Source: Alphaproteobacteria bacterium
GTDB lineage: Bacteria; Pseudomonadota; Alphaproteobacteria; Micavibrionales; UBA2020
Assembly: GCA_041287865.1 (NCBI GenBank)
Contig: JBGGMV010000008.1
Coordinates: forward strand, 70,297-134,296
Reading direction: 5' to 3'
Length of the DNA: 64,000 bases
A program made the position numbers and the translations under genes. Shown one piece after another: positions 1-9,053 of this stretch (its first letter is position 1; each line of letters starts with the position of its first letter). The notes below the pieces were generated by a model. The model searched no databases. It was not told the DNA's origin and saw nothing but the letters and a program-made list of their open reading frames with translations.

Positions 1-1
1 T

Positions 2-556
2 CTGCTGTCGAAAGGCGCGGATATCGAGGCGCGTTTCGGCGACGACAAACGCACGATTTTGCAGGAAGCCTTCAGCCAGCAGCAGGAGAAGGAAGCGCGG
101 TTTTTGCTGGACAAGGGCGCCGACCCCCTTGCCGCAGTGGAGAGCCGCAACAAAATGACGCCGCTGATGAATTGCCTGGAGAATTTCGGCAACGAAAACC
201 TGATGGATCTGGGCATCGCAAAAGGCATGGATGTGAACGCCGTCAACGGTTTCGGCATGACGCCGCTGTTCTACGCGCATACGGCGGTGCAGGCATTGAA
301 ACTGATCGAGGCGGGCGCTGACCCTGCCCATGTGGACAATAACGGGCGCAGCGCGCTCTCGCTGCTGCCGCCCGATGAAGAGAAAACGGTGCGCTTGATT
401 ATGACCCGGGACGCGGAGATTAAAACTGCACAAACGCGCATGAAAAAGGCGCAGGCCGTGGCGGAGATCGACTCCGCCTGCCACACGCCCTTCGAGGCCG
501 AGACCATGAAGACGCTGAAGATCAAAAAGGGCAAGGGGCAGAAATGGACGCCCTAG
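2..556 (+). CDS. ankyrin-repeat protein, 5' end outside window
   Basis: The frame is open from base 2 (LLSKGADIEARFGDDKRTILQEA...), upstream of the track Met at 59. Ankyrin signatures are present (MTPLMNCL, GMTPLFYAHTAVQALKLIEAGADPAHVDNNGRSAL). It ends ...ETMKTLKIKKGKGQKWTP (tail motif). Confidence 0.8.
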   Translation: MLSKGADIEARFGDDKRTILQEAFSQQQEKEARFLLDKGADPLAAVESRNKMTPLMNCLENFGNENLMDLGIAKGMDVNAVNGFGMTPLFYAHTAVQALKLIEAGADPAHVDNNGRSALSLLPPDEEKTVRLIMTRDAEIKTAQTRMKKAQAVAEIDSACHTPFEAETMKTLKIKKGKGQKWTP

Positions 557-1377
557 AAGACCAGTACCGGGACGGGCTCGCCGCGCTGGTCGCGGAAGGA
601 AACAGCGCCGAGCTGGACGGCCTGCTGAAACAATGCCCCGCCGCCGCCAACTGCACGATCACGTCGGAAGACGGCGTCACGGGCCCCGCCGTCTATGTCG
701 CGCTGCGCACGGGGAAAATTTCCGCCGCGCGGGTGCTGCTGGAACATGGCGCGCGGGCGGACTTCACTGCGCCGGATGGCATACCGCTGATTTATTACAC
801 CTTGGGCATAGACGATATGCAGCATGTCTCGGCGAAGGCCGACCGCGAAACGCTGTTTACGCTGGCCGTCAAAAACGGCGCGGATATCGAGGCGCAAGAT
901 TCACACGGCATGACCGCGCTGATGCGTACCTGTTTCCTGGGCACGGGCCATATCTTTGACTTCCTGCTGGACCACGGCGCATCGCCCAATCCCGCGCCGA
1001 ACTCCAAAGGTTATACGCCACTGATGCTGGCGGTTATCTCGGGCAAAGGCGCGATGATCGACAGGCTGCTGGAGGCCGGGGCCGACGTCAACGCCCGCAA
1101 CGCGGAAGGGAATACGCCGCTGCACTTCACCCGCATCGCCGCCACGGCGCTGCGCCTGATCGACGCCGGCGCGAACCACGCCTGCATCAGCAATTCGGGC
1201 AGGGGCGCGATCGAGCGGCTGAGGCCGGAGCAGCGGAAACTGGTCATGGACGGGCTGCAGGAAAGGTGGGCGGCGGAATGCGAAACCTTCCGCGACGAAG
1301 CCGACCAGCTGTGTCACAAGCCGGTGACGGCGGTGGCCGCGAAACGCCTGAAGCTGAAAATTCCTACCACTTCTTGA
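544..1377 (+). CDS. ankyrin-repeat protein
   Basis: Several ankyrin repeats (GMTALMRTCFLGTGHIFDFLLDHGASPN, GYTPLMLAVISGKGAMIDRLLEAGADVNARNAEGNTPLHF). It overlaps the upstream ankyrin gene by 13 nt, has no signal peptide and ends ...VAAKRLKLKIPTTS. Confidence 0.85.
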   Translation: MDALEDQYRDGLAALVAEGNSAELDGLLKQCPAAANCTITSEDGVTGPAVYVALRTGKISAARVLLEHGARADFTAPDGIPLIYYTLGIDDMQHVSAKADRETLFTLAVKNGADIEAQDSHGMTALMRTCFLGTGHIFDFLLDHGASPNPAPNSKGYTPLMLAVISGKGAMIDRLLEAGADVNARNAEGNTPLHFTRIAATALRLIDAGANHACISNSGRGAIERLRPEQRKLVMDGLQERWAAECETFRDEADQLCHKPVTAVAAKRLKLKIPTTS

Positions 1378-1705
1378 AGATAAAGAACGAGGCCGCGACG
1401 AGGAAGGCAAAGCCGACCGCGTGGTTCCACCTGATCGGTTCGTTCAAATACCAGACGGAAAAACCGGCGAAAACGACCAGCGTGATGACCTCTTGAATGG
1501 TCTTGAGCTGCGCGGCGTTGAAATGGCCGTGGCCGATGCGGTTGGCCGGCACCTGCAGGCAGTATTCGAAAAAGGCGATACCCCAGCTGGCGAGGATCAC
1601 GATCCAGATCGCATGGTCTTTGTATTTCAGGTGCCCGTACCAGGCAAACGTCATGAAGACGTTTGATAGAAACAGCAGGCCGACCGTCTTGACCATGACG
1701 TCCAT
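1364..1705 (-). CDS. small DMT-superfamily membrane protein (DUF486-like)
   Basis: 113 aa with four hydrophobic helices. FMTFAWYGHLKY and AQLKTIQEVITLVVF resemble the DUF486/DMT family. Confidence 0.7.
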   Translation of the reverse strand: MDVMVKTVGLLFLSNVFMTFAWYGHLKYKDHAIWIVILASWGIAFFEYCLQVPANRIGHGHFNAAQLKTIQEVITLVVFAGFSVWYLNEPIRWNHAVGFAFLVAASFFIFKKW

Positions 1706-1717
1706 TTTATGACTCCA

Positions 1718-3046
1718 TTAGCTTGCGACCTTGCGGCCCCAGATGTAGGAAATAAATCCTACGATAAAATTCGTCGCCATCAAAGCGATCAGGATGCCGG
1801 TAAAGCCCATGTGTTTTTGCAGAACATAAGCAAGGGGCACGTAGAGGATAATCGCCTTGAGCAAGATCAGCATCGTGGCGGGGATGGGTTTGCCCATGGC
1901 ATTCAGCGCGGCATTGGCCACGATCATCGCGCCCATCGCGCCGAAGCTGACCGGCACCCAGTGCAGGTATTGCGCGGTATAGCGGATAACATCAGGGTTG
2001 CTGTCGAACAGCGCGGGGATCTGCTGCGCGAAGGCCCAGAAAAGCCCCGCGACGAAAAGCCCCCAGATCATCGCATAGTGCGAGCCGATGCGCATCGCCT
2101 GCTGGATGCGTCCGTAGTTGCCCGCGCCGAAATTCTGGCCCGCAAAAATCGAAACGCCCGCGCCGGTGGCGTAGAAAATCAGCGTGGCGATGCTTTCAAG
2201 TCTGCCCGCGACGCCCAGCGCGGCCACGGCTTCCTTGCCGAAACCGGCGGCCATCCAGGTGATGATGGCGGCGGAAATCGGCGCGATCTGGTTGCTGATG
2301 ACGGAAGGAATGGCGACATGCATGATGCGCGCCCAGCTGCGGAAGACGCCTGCGTGGAAGAATTTGCGCGGGTCGATCACTTTTTTGCGGAAGATGATGA
2401 AGTAAAACGACACGATGCAGGTAAACCACGAGGCCGCGACGTGGGCCGCGGGTGCGCCCGCGAGTTCCATGCGCGGGAAAGGGCCCCAGCCGAAGATCAA
2501 CAGCGGATCGAGGATGAGGTTCGAGGCCGCGAGCAGCGTCATGATGCGGGAAACGAATTTGGTATCGCCCGTCGCGCGGCAGACGGCATTGCCCATCATC
2601 GTCAGGCTGATAAAGGGCAGCGCGACGTACCAGATGCTCATATATTTACGGATGAGCGGCAGCAGCTCGCCCTTCGCGCCCATCAGGCCGAAAATCGCCT
2701 CGGTCGAGAAATGGCCGACAATGCTGGCGAAGACGATCACCACGACGGCGAGGCTGATCGCGTCGGTCGACAGCTCCCGCACCTTCTCCATATCGCCCGA
2801 GCCATAGACGCGGGAGACGATGGACGAGGTGCCGACGTTAAGGCCGAAGATAATGCCCATGAAGAACATCACCACCGGAATGCAGAAACCCAGCGCCGCC
2901 AGCGGTTTCGTGCCCAGCTGGGATATAAAATAGGTATCGGCGACGGTGAACGACGTCATGGCCAGCAGGCCCCAGGCAAGCGGCAGCGCAAGGCGGCGTA
3001 CATGGCCGCCGACATCGCCTTCCAGCAGTGAGGGCCTTGCAGTCAC
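1718..3046 (-). CDS. MATE family efflux transporter
   Basis: 442 aa, polytopic. The N-terminus (RRLALPLAWGLLAMTSFTVADTYFISQLGTKPLAALGF) is typical of MATE/NorM-like pumps. The opposite-strand 440-aa ORF is R/D/G-rich junk. Confidence 0.85.
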   Translation of the reverse strand: MTARPSLLEGDVGGHVRRLALPLAWGLLAMTSFTVADTYFISQLGTKPLAALGFCIPVVMFFMGIIFGLNVGTSSIVSRVYGSGDMEKVRELSTDAISLAVVVIVFASIVGHFSTEAIFGLMGAKGELLPLIRKYMSIWYVALPFISLTMMGNAVCRATGDTKFVSRIMTLLAASNLILDPLLIFGWGPFPRMELAGAPAAHVAASWFTCIVSFYFIIFRKKVIDPRKFFHAGVFRSWARIMHVAIPSVISNQIAPISAAIITWMAAGFGKEAVAALGVAGRLESIATLIFYATGAGVSIFAGQNFGAGNYGRIQQAMRIGSHYAMIWGLFVAGLFWAFAQQIPALFDSNPDVIRYTAQYLHWVPVSFGAMGAMIVANAALNAMGKPIPATMLILLKAIILYVPLAYVLQKHMGFTGILIALMATNFIVGFISYIWGRKVAS

Positions 3047-3058
3047 GAAAGTTCAGTC

Positions 3059-3643
3059 CTATGCGTAGATTTTCTGCAGCGTGGCCACCAGTTCGGCGCC
3101 GATATTGTGGACGGATTTTGAAATCTTTTCGTCCTTCAGCGCGCCGTTTTCGTCGAAGGCTTCGTGTGCCTTGCCCACGGCCTGCATTTTCGGCATGACG
3201 GTGACGTTGATGTTCTGCAGCAGCTCGCGCAACTGGTACAGCCCGCGAATACCGCCCAGCGCGCCCGGCGAGGCCGAGAGGAGCGCCGCGTATTTGCCGG
3301 TGAAGGCCAGCAGGCCGGGTTCGCCCTCGGTCGAGGTGCGGCTGGCCCAGTCGATCGCGTTCTTCAGCACGGCGGAATAACCGCTGTTGTATTCGGGCGA
3401 GGCAATCAAAATGCCATCGCTGTCGACCAGCAGCTTTTTAAACTCGCGGCCTTTTTCGGGCAGGCCTTCGGCGGATTCCAAATCGCCGTCATAGAAGGGC
3501 ATGGGGAAATCACGCAGGTCAATCAGCGTGACTTCCGCACCTGCCGCCTCCGCGCCTTTGGCCGCCAGCTTGATCAGCTTTTTGTTCAGCGAGCCCTTGC
3601 GCGTGGCGCCGGCGAGCGCGAGGATTTTGATTTTCTTGGCCAT
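3059..3643 (-). CDS. NAD(P)H-dependent FMN reductase family oxidoreductase
   Basis: 194 aa. MAKKIKILALAGATRKGSLNKKL...ASPEYNSGYSAVLKNAIDWASR is the flavodoxin-like FMN reductase signature. Confidence 0.8.
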   Translation of the reverse strand: MAKKIKILALAGATRKGSLNKKLIKLAAKGAEAAGAEVTLIDLRDFPMPFYDGDLESAEGLPEKGREFKKLLVDSDGILIASPEYNSGYSAVLKNAIDWASRTSTEGEPGLLAFTGKYAALLSASPGALGGIRGLYQLRELLQNINVTVMPKMQAVGKAHEAFDENGALKDEKISKSVHNIGAELVATLQKIYA

Positions 3644-3668
3644 GGTTTTTGTCCTTTTTTTCTTGTTA

Positions 3669-4373
3669 TTAGCGTGGCAGGTCGAAGACGAGCACTTCGG
3701 CGTTTTCGATGGCGTTTATAATGGCACGTCCGGGTTCGTTATCAAGCCCGAGCGCGTCGCCGGCCTCCAATACCTTGCCGTTGATGTCGACGGTGCCCTT
3801 TGCGACCTGGAACCAGTGGCGGCGGCCCGCTTTCATTTCCAGAGACACGGATTTGGCGGTATCGAGACGCGCGACATAGAGCCTTGCGTCCTGCTTGATG
3901 ACCAATGATCCGTCTTCGCCTTCGGGCGAGACGACCAGTCGCAGGTTATTCTGCAATTGCGCCGGATCGAAGCTGGTTTGCTGGTATCCGGCCTTGCCGC
4001 CCGTTTCGCGCGGCATGATCCAGATTTGCAGCAGGTGCACGTCTTCGGTGTCGGACGGGTTGAATTCGCTGTGCAGGATGCCTTTGCCCGCGCTCATCAA
4101 TTGCACGTCACCGGGGCGGATAACGCCGCCGTTGCCAAGGCTGTCTTTATGCTCGATCGCGCCCGACAATATATAGGTGATGATCTCCATATTGGCGTGG
4201 CCGTGCATGTCGAAACCCGTACCCGCGCGGACGATGTCTTCGTTGATGACGCGCAGGGGCCCGAAGCCCATATTTTTCGGGTCGTGATAACCGCCGAAGG
4301 AAAAGCTATGCCAGCTTTGCAGCCAGCCGGTCTCGGTAGCGCCGCGTTGATGTTTATGTCTAAGGTTTTGCAT
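3669..4373 (-). CDS. pirin family protein
   Basis: 234 aa. WLQSWHSFSFGGYHDPKNMGFGPLRVINEDIV...GFDMHGHANMEIITYILSG is the cupin/pirin N-terminal motif. It is divergent from a LysR regulator. Confidence 0.85.
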   Translation of the reverse strand: MQNLRHKHQRGATETGWLQSWHSFSFGGYHDPKNMGFGPLRVINEDIVRAGTGFDMHGHANMEIITYILSGAIEHKDSLGNGGVIRPGDVQLMSAGKGILHSEFNPSDTEDVHLLQIWIMPRETGGKAGYQQTSFDPAQLQNNLRLVVSPEGEDGSLVIKQDARLYVARLDTAKSVSLEMKAGRRHWFQVAKGTVDINGKVLEAGDALGLDNEPGRAIINAIENAEVLVFDLPR

Positions 4374-4403
4374 GATGAACCTCTCTTTCTACCCTTAATT
4401 ATA

Positions 4404-4438
4404 ATTCTTCTGTTTTTAGAATGAATATGCTGTTTTTA
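4404..4438. promoter_or_regulatory. candidate LysR-type operator in the pirin/LysR divergent intergenic region
   Basis: Inverted repeat ATTCT-N9-AGAAT (4404-4422) contains a T-N11-A type box. Direct repeat CTGTTTTTA occurs at 4410-4418 and 4430-4438 in an AT-rich 90-bp spacer. Confidence 0.4.
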
Positions 4439-4465
4439 TAATTAACTATTCGATAAATTAGAATA

Positions 4466-5365
4466 ATGGACAGGCTATCCAATATTATCGCCTTTATTAC
4501 CGTCGCGGAGACCAACAGTTTCGCCGAGGCCGCCCGCCGGCTGAATCTGGCCAATTCCGTCGTTTCCAAGCGGATTAAAGACCTGGAAGGTTACCTCGGC
4601 GCCCGCCTGCTCCAGCGCACCACGCGCCATGTGGCGCTGACCGATGCGGGCTATGCCTATTTCGATCATGCGCGGCGGTTGATCAACGAACTCGCCGAAG
4701 TCGAAGAGAATTTGCGCTACCGCAACGAAAACCCGGTGGGCGATGTGAAGGTGTCGGCGCCTGTGTCCTTCGGCTCGAAATTCATGGGGCCGCCGGTGGC
4801 GAGTTTCCTCGAGAAATATCCCGATGTGTCGGTGCGGTTGTTTTTAGGCGACCGCGCGGCGGCACTCACCGAAGAAGGTTTCGACCTCGCCATCCGTATC
4901 GGCGGCATCGGGGTGGAGAATACATCGCTGATCACGCGCAAGCTGGCCGAGAGCCGCCGCGTCTGCGTGGCATCGCCCGCATACCTGCGCAAGAATGGTC
5001 GCCCCGAAAAACCGCAGGACCTCGGCAAGCATAACTGCCTGCTCTATAGCGGCATGGTGGACGGCCAGCATTGGCCCTTCATGGTCAAGGGGCGCAAGCA
5101 CATGCAGCCCGTGGCGGGACGTTTCACCAGCGATAACGGCACGCTGCTGTTGCAGGCGTCCATCGGCGGCTGCGGCATCACGATGCTGCCCACCTTCATC
5201 GCCGGCCCCGCCATCAACAGCGGCGAGCTGCAGATTGTGCTGGAGGATTTCGAGGAAGAACCGATGAAGATCGAGGCCGTTTACGTGCAGCAGCGCCATT
5301 TAAGCGCCCGCACGCGCAAATTCATCGACCATCTGGCGGAATATTTCGCAGGCTTCAGCGGGTAA
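4466..5365 (+). CDS. LysR family transcriptional regulator
   Basis: 299 aa. The N-terminal wHTH is FITVAETNSFAEAARRLNLANSVVSKRIKDLEGYLGARLLQRTTRHVALTDAG, followed by a LysR substrate-binding fold. Confidence 0.9.
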   Translation: MDRLSNIIAFITVAETNSFAEAARRLNLANSVVSKRIKDLEGYLGARLLQRTTRHVALTDAGYAYFDHARRLINELAEVEENLRYRNENPVGDVKVSAPVSFGSKFMGPPVASFLEKYPDVSVRLFLGDRAAALTEEGFDLAIRIGGIGVENTSLITRKLAESRRVCVASPAYLRKNGRPEKPQDLGKHNCLLYSGMVDGQHWPFMVKGRKHMQPVAGRFTSDNGTLLLQASIGGCGITMLPTFIAGPAINSGELQIVLEDFEEEPMKIEAVYVQQRHLSARTRKFIDHLAEYFAGFSG

Positions 5366-5370
5366 AGAAA

Positions 5371-5412
5371 AACCCCCGTCCGGGTTCAAGCCATGACGGG
5401 GGTTTCTCTTTT
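5371..5412. terminator. bidirectional rho-independent terminator
   Basis: 10-bp stem AACCCCCGTC (5371-5380) pairs with GACGGGGGTT (5395-5404). It is followed by TTCTCTTTTCT on the + strand and by TTTTTCTTT on the - strand, and sits between convergent genes. Confidence 0.75.
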
Positions 5413-5424
5413 CTGCGTTAGAAA

Positions 5425-5940
5425 TCAGTTGCCGCGATTGCCGCGTTTGATGGGCCCATGGTTGCGGTCCCATTTGTTTTCGGTGCGGTCGCGCACGTTT
5501 TCGCGGCGGTCGCGGACGTCTTCGGCGGCGTCGCGCTTGTCTTCGCGCGCATCACGGCGGTCTTCTGCCGTATCGCGCTTGTCTTCGTTTTCGTCATGCT
5601 TGTCTTCGGCCGCATCGCGTTTATCTTCGAGGCGATCACGCCAGCCGCCTTCATGGGCTGCGTCGCGTTCGTCTTCTTTCGCATCGCGTTCATCTTCGCG
5701 GGCGTCGCGTTCGTCCTCGTTCGCGTCGCGCTTGTCTTCCTGCGCGTCATGCTTGTCTTCCAGCCTGTCGCGGCGGTTTTCCCAGCGGTCGCGCATATTC
5801 TCGCGGTGGTCGCGGATGTCTTCGAGACGGTCGGCGCGCGGGCGGCCGGCATTGCTCTCCGATGCGCCCTCCTCGGCATAGGCGGCGGTGGAGGCGACCA
5901 GCAGAACGGCGGCCATCACGGCCAGAAACTTGATGCGCAT
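5425..5940 (-). CDS. secreted hyper-charged heptad-repeat protein
   Basis: The signal peptide MRIKFLAVMAAVLLVASTAAYA is followed by about 17 heptads x-x-E-[DN]-x-[RH]-D (AQEDKRD ANEDERD AREDERD AKEDERD...). This frame was chosen over three overlapping ORFs because it alone has a signal peptide and a regular repeat. Confidence 0.6.
   Translation of the reverse strand: MRIKFLAVMAAVLLVASTAAYAEEGASESNAGRPRADRLEDIRDHRENMRDRWENRRDRLEDKHDAQEDKRDANEDERDAREDERDAKEDERDAAHEGGWRDRLEDKRDAAEDKHDENEDKRDTAEDRRDAREDKRDAAEDVRDRRENVRDRTENKWDRNHGPIKRGNRGN
5476..5838 (-). repeat. about 17 tandem 21-nt coding repeats
   Basis: 21-nt periodicity is visible in the DNA (gcgtcgcgcttgtcttc variants), matching the heptads of the 5425-5940 CDS. 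Confidence 0.7.
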
Positions 5941-6044
5941 CGGGATATTCCTTTTTTAAGGGTGGGCGGGTTGCTCTAATGCATTATACGCGCGCAAGGT
6001 TAAAATCCCTGCGCGTAACAAAAACATGCTGTCTTTACAGATAC

Positions 6045-6491
6045 TTATTCCAGATGCGCCTTGAGCATCCAGTGGTTTTTCTGGTGGACTTCCATGCGGG
6101 TGATGGCGAGGTCGACGGTGGGGTCGTCGCCATTGTCCTGCGCGGCCTTCAGCAGGGCCTTGGCGGAGGCGACGATGGTGTCTTGATCCTTCACAAGCGT
6201 TTTAACCATCTCGACAGCCTTGGAGTTGCCTTCGGCTTCCTTGATGTCGGTGAGTTTCAAAAAGGCCTTGAAGCTGCCGGGCGCTTTTTCGCCAAGGGTG
6301 CGGATGCGTTCGGCAATCAGGTCGTTCGCCAAAATCATGTCTTCGTACTGCAGCTGGAACAGCGTGTGCAGCGTATTGAAAGACGGGCCCGTCACATTCC
6401 AGTGGTAATTCTGCGTTTTAAGATAGAGCGTGTAGGTGTCGGCCAGCAGTTTTTCCAGCGCGTCGATAACGGCTTTGTTTTTCTTGCTCAT
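6045..6491 (-). CDS. dps: Dps family DNA-protection/ferritin-like protein
   Basis: 148 aa. LLADTYTLYLKTQNYHWNVTGPSFNTLHTLFQLQYEDM is the canonical Dps motif. The start overlaps the upstream gene's stop by 4 nt. Confidence 0.9.
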   Translation of the reverse strand: MSKKNKAVIDALEKLLADTYTLYLKTQNYHWNVTGPSFNTLHTLFQLQYEDMILANDLIAERIRTLGEKAPGSFKAFLKLTDIKEAEGNSKAVEMVKTLVKDQDTIVASAKALLKAAQDNGDDPTVDLAITRMEVHQKNHWMLKAHLE

Positions 6492-7030
6492 GCGGCTTCT
6501 CCCTGAATGAAGGCGGCTTGTGCGGCGGCGAAAACAACGGCGGCGATGCGGAAGACGTGCTGCACGCCCACCTTCGACACGCCATGTTCCTGCGCGGTGC
6601 GGTTATGCGCGGCGATGCAGGCGCTGCAGCCGTTGATGGCCGAAACGCCCAGCGCGTATAATTCAAACGTCACTTTATCAATGCCGGGGTTGCCGATCAC
6701 GTTCATGCGCAGCCCTGCGGGCAGCTTGCCGAATTCATCGTCGCCGGTCATGTAGGTGGAGCGGTAATAAACATTGCTCATCGCCATGATGGTGGCGGCG
6801 GCTTTCGCGGCGTTGACTTCTTCGGGCGAGAGCGCGGCTGCTTCACCCGCGACGGCCTCGATCACATCGGCGCTGCGCGTTGCATAGGCGCTGGCCAGCG
6901 CCACGCCGAAAATCTGGTTCTGCGTCAGGCCCGAAGAATCATTGGCCTGCAAAACCGATGACAGGTTGAGGCGAATGTCCTTGGCGAAGTCGGGCAGGGA
7001 TTCTTTGAGTTGTTCGATATTCTGCGGCAT
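6488..7030 (-). CDS. AhpD-like alkylhydroperoxidase (carboxymuconolactone decarboxylase family)
   Basis: A CxxC motif sits in GCSACIAAHNRTAQEHG. I chose the ATG at 7030 (MPQNIEQLKESLPDFAKDIRLNL), which gives about 180 aa, typical for AhpD. The track start at 7090 adds 20 unlikely residues. Confidence 0.75.
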   Translation of the reverse strand: MPQNIEQLKESLPDFAKDIRLNLSSVLQANDSSGLTQNQIFGVALASAYATRSADVIEAVAGEAAALSPEEVNAAKAAATIMAMSNVYYRSTYMTGDDEFGKLPAGLRMNVIGNPGIDKVTFELYALGVSAINGCSACIAAHNRTAQEHGVSKVGVQHVFRIAAVVFAAAQAAFIQGEAA

Positions 7031-7163
7031 GTGGTGTGGCTCCCAAGAAGTTCTCTGGCCATGAATATAAGCCAGAATGCGCTGCAGCAAAGCCCCCTCT
7101 TGTATTTTAATGGCCTATCAAGGCCTTACGGTAATTCTCTCTTGAGCCACCCCCTGCCCTGTG

Positions 7164-7174
7164 TTATGTAGTAT
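7164..7174 (+). promoter_or_regulatory. TTATGTAGTAT box (variant of TTATGTATAAT) upstream of SLT paralog 1
   Basis: An AT-rich -10-like element 21 nt upstream of the GTG start at 7195. TTGAGC lies 17 nt upstream of TATGTA. Confidence 0.4.
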
Positions 7175-7194
7175 GTCATCCAAGGATTTATAGA

Positions 7195-8964
7195 GTGAAC
7201 AAGCGCAAGGGCCTAAAAGGCCTTTTCAACCGGCTGGCAGGTTCTGCTGCGATGGCCGCTGCCCTTTTTACCGGCGTGCCCGCGAGCGCGCAGGACGCTC
7301 AGCCGACTCCGGCGGATATTCCCGCGCAGGTGCAGCTGCTGCAAAGCTGCCCCGCCTTCCCCGATTTCAAGCGCCCCGAAGCACCGATGCTGCGCCAGAC
7401 GGCCAAGGACATGCCCGTCGACGAAGAATTGAAATCGCGCCAGAGATTGCTCCGCCAGCTGGGCATCAATCCCGGCGCAACCGATGGCCTGAACGGCGGC
7501 ACGACGCGCGCGGCGCAGCGCGAATTCATGATGTTCTATGCGCCGCTCTATAACGGCGACACCACGAAGGTCACGCTCGACGATGCCGATGCGCTGCAAT
7601 TAAAGAAATACGCCGACCAGAATACAACCGATATCGCCGCGACCGGCCTGTCGACGGGCGAGGCCGCGGCCCTGCGCCTTGCGTCTTTGCGCAGCGGCGT
7701 CAGCTTCGCCACGCTGTCGTCGACGGCGAAAAAGGGCGGCACGCTACCGGGCGTTTCCTCCACCGGCGCTGCGGCGGACGATTTGTTCAAGTTCGATAAC
7801 GCCAGCTGGCTCTACATGGTCAAGAATTACGGCGATGATTACGGGCTGGGGTTCTATGCGAAACATATCACGCTGGAAACGCGGGATGATGGCAAGTCTG
7901 TGCCTGTGGTCGATAATCCCTTTATCCACCGCCAGCTGCTGAACCTGAAGAATTACCCGCGCATTTCCGCGCTGATGGCGGGGGAATACCTGAAGCACAG
8001 GCCCGACCTGACGAACGTCGCCAACCCGAAAGTGCCGCTGACCGATGCGCGCGTGAAGCAGCAGCAAACCGATCTGCTGGCGCTGGGTTTCGATATCGGC
8101 TCCACCGATGCCGACGGCATCAAGGGCGGCTTCACCACGCTGGCGATGAAAGAATTCCAGCTTTTGCATGGCGAAGGCCAGCCCACCGGCAGCCTGAGCG
8201 ATATCGAGTCTGCGAAACTGGCATCGGCCGCAGACGCCGCGCGCGTCGAGGGCCGCAAATATAATGTGCCGAACGCGGCCAGCGGATCGATCCGCATGGC
8301 GGCCGACGCGGTGAAAGATTCAAAGGGCCCCGAATTCCCCTACCTGATGGAGCTGGCATCAGCGGAAAGTTCTTTCCGCGTCAGCGCAAAGGCCAGCACA
8401 TCGACCGCCACCGGGCTTTACCAGTTTATCGAGAGCACCTGGGCATACATGTTATTACACCATGGCGAGAAACACGGCCTTGGCGATTTTTCGAACGAGG
8501 TTGAAACCTATTCTGATGCGCTGGGCCGCCCGCAGGCGCGTTTCAAAAACCCGGTGATCCGCGCCGAAGCGCTCGAGATGCGCAAGAACCCGCAGCTCTC
8601 GGCCCTGTTCAGCGCCGATTTCCAGTCCGACAACAAGGCGAAGGAAAGCTGCTATGTGACGGGAGATCTCTCGCGCACCGATCTTTACCTCGCGCATTTC
8701 CTCGGCGCGCATGACGCCGTGTACTTTATAAATCAAATGAAGGCCAACCCCGAGAAATCGGCGGTGGAAACCTTCCCCGAGGCCGCCGCCGCTAACGCCA
8801 GCATCTTCTACGCCCGCGACGGCAAGACGGTGCGCGACCGCAGCCTTGAAGAAGTCTATGAAGTGCTGGGCCGCAAGTTCAACCGCGGGCTTTACGACGA
8901 GGTGGCGACCGTGCCGCTGGCCAAGCCCACCCTGCCCAAGCCGCCGGGACAGTCTCCCTCCTGA
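7195..8964 (+). CDS. SLT-like/peptidoglycan-binding protein, paralog 1 (Sec signal)
   Basis: GTG start with AGGA 8 nt upstream. Signal peptide ...AAMAAALFTGVPASAQDA. Two PG_binding_1-like segments (LGINPGATDGLNGGTTRAAQREF and LGFDIGSTDADGIKGGFTTLAMKEFQ). SLT catalytic motif MELASAESSFRVSAKASTSTATGLYQFIESTW. Confidence 0.8.
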   Translation: MNKRKGLKGLFNRLAGSAAMAAALFTGVPASAQDAQPTPADIPAQVQLLQSCPAFPDFKRPEAPMLRQTAKDMPVDEELKSRQRLLRQLGINPGATDGLNGGTTRAAQREFMMFYAPLYNGDTTKVTLDDADALQLKKYADQNTTDIAATGLSTGEAAALRLASLRSGVSFATLSSTAKKGGTLPGVSSTGAAADDLFKFDNASWLYMVKNYGDDYGLGFYAKHITLETRDDGKSVPVVDNPFIHRQLLNLKNYPRISALMAGEYLKHRPDLTNVANPKVPLTDARVKQQQTDLLALGFDIGSTDADGIKGGFTTLAMKEFQLLHGEGQPTGSLSDIESAKLASAADAARVEGRKYNVPNAASGSIRMAADAVKDSKGPEFPYLMELASAESSFRVSAKASTSTATGLYQFIESTWAYMLLHHGEKHGLGDFSNEVETYSDALGRPQARFKNPVIRAEALEMRKNPQLSALFSADFQSDNKAKESCYVTGDLSRTDLYLAHFLGAHDAVYFINQMKANPEKSAVETFPEAAAANASIFYARDGKTVRDRSLEEVYEVLGRKFNRGLYDEVATVPLAKPTLPKPPGQSPS

Positions 8965-9053
8965 AAAACCTGCGAAAATCCCGATAACGCGGTTTTTCAT
9001 TGACTTGGGATCATGAAATATCCTATTTTCATAATCGCTGAAAAAGGGTTTAC

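Noticed and set aside
1709-3031. 440-aa plus-strand ORF
   Set aside because: It is antisense to the MATE transporter and its composition is R/D/H/G-rich junk.
5393-5979. Three further ORFs (5393-5881 +, 5418-5879 -, 5458-5979 +) over the 21-nt repeat region
   Set aside because: Repeat DNA keeps all frames open. Only 5425-5940 (-) has a signal peptide, a regular heptad and a terminator downstream. Some uncertainty remains.
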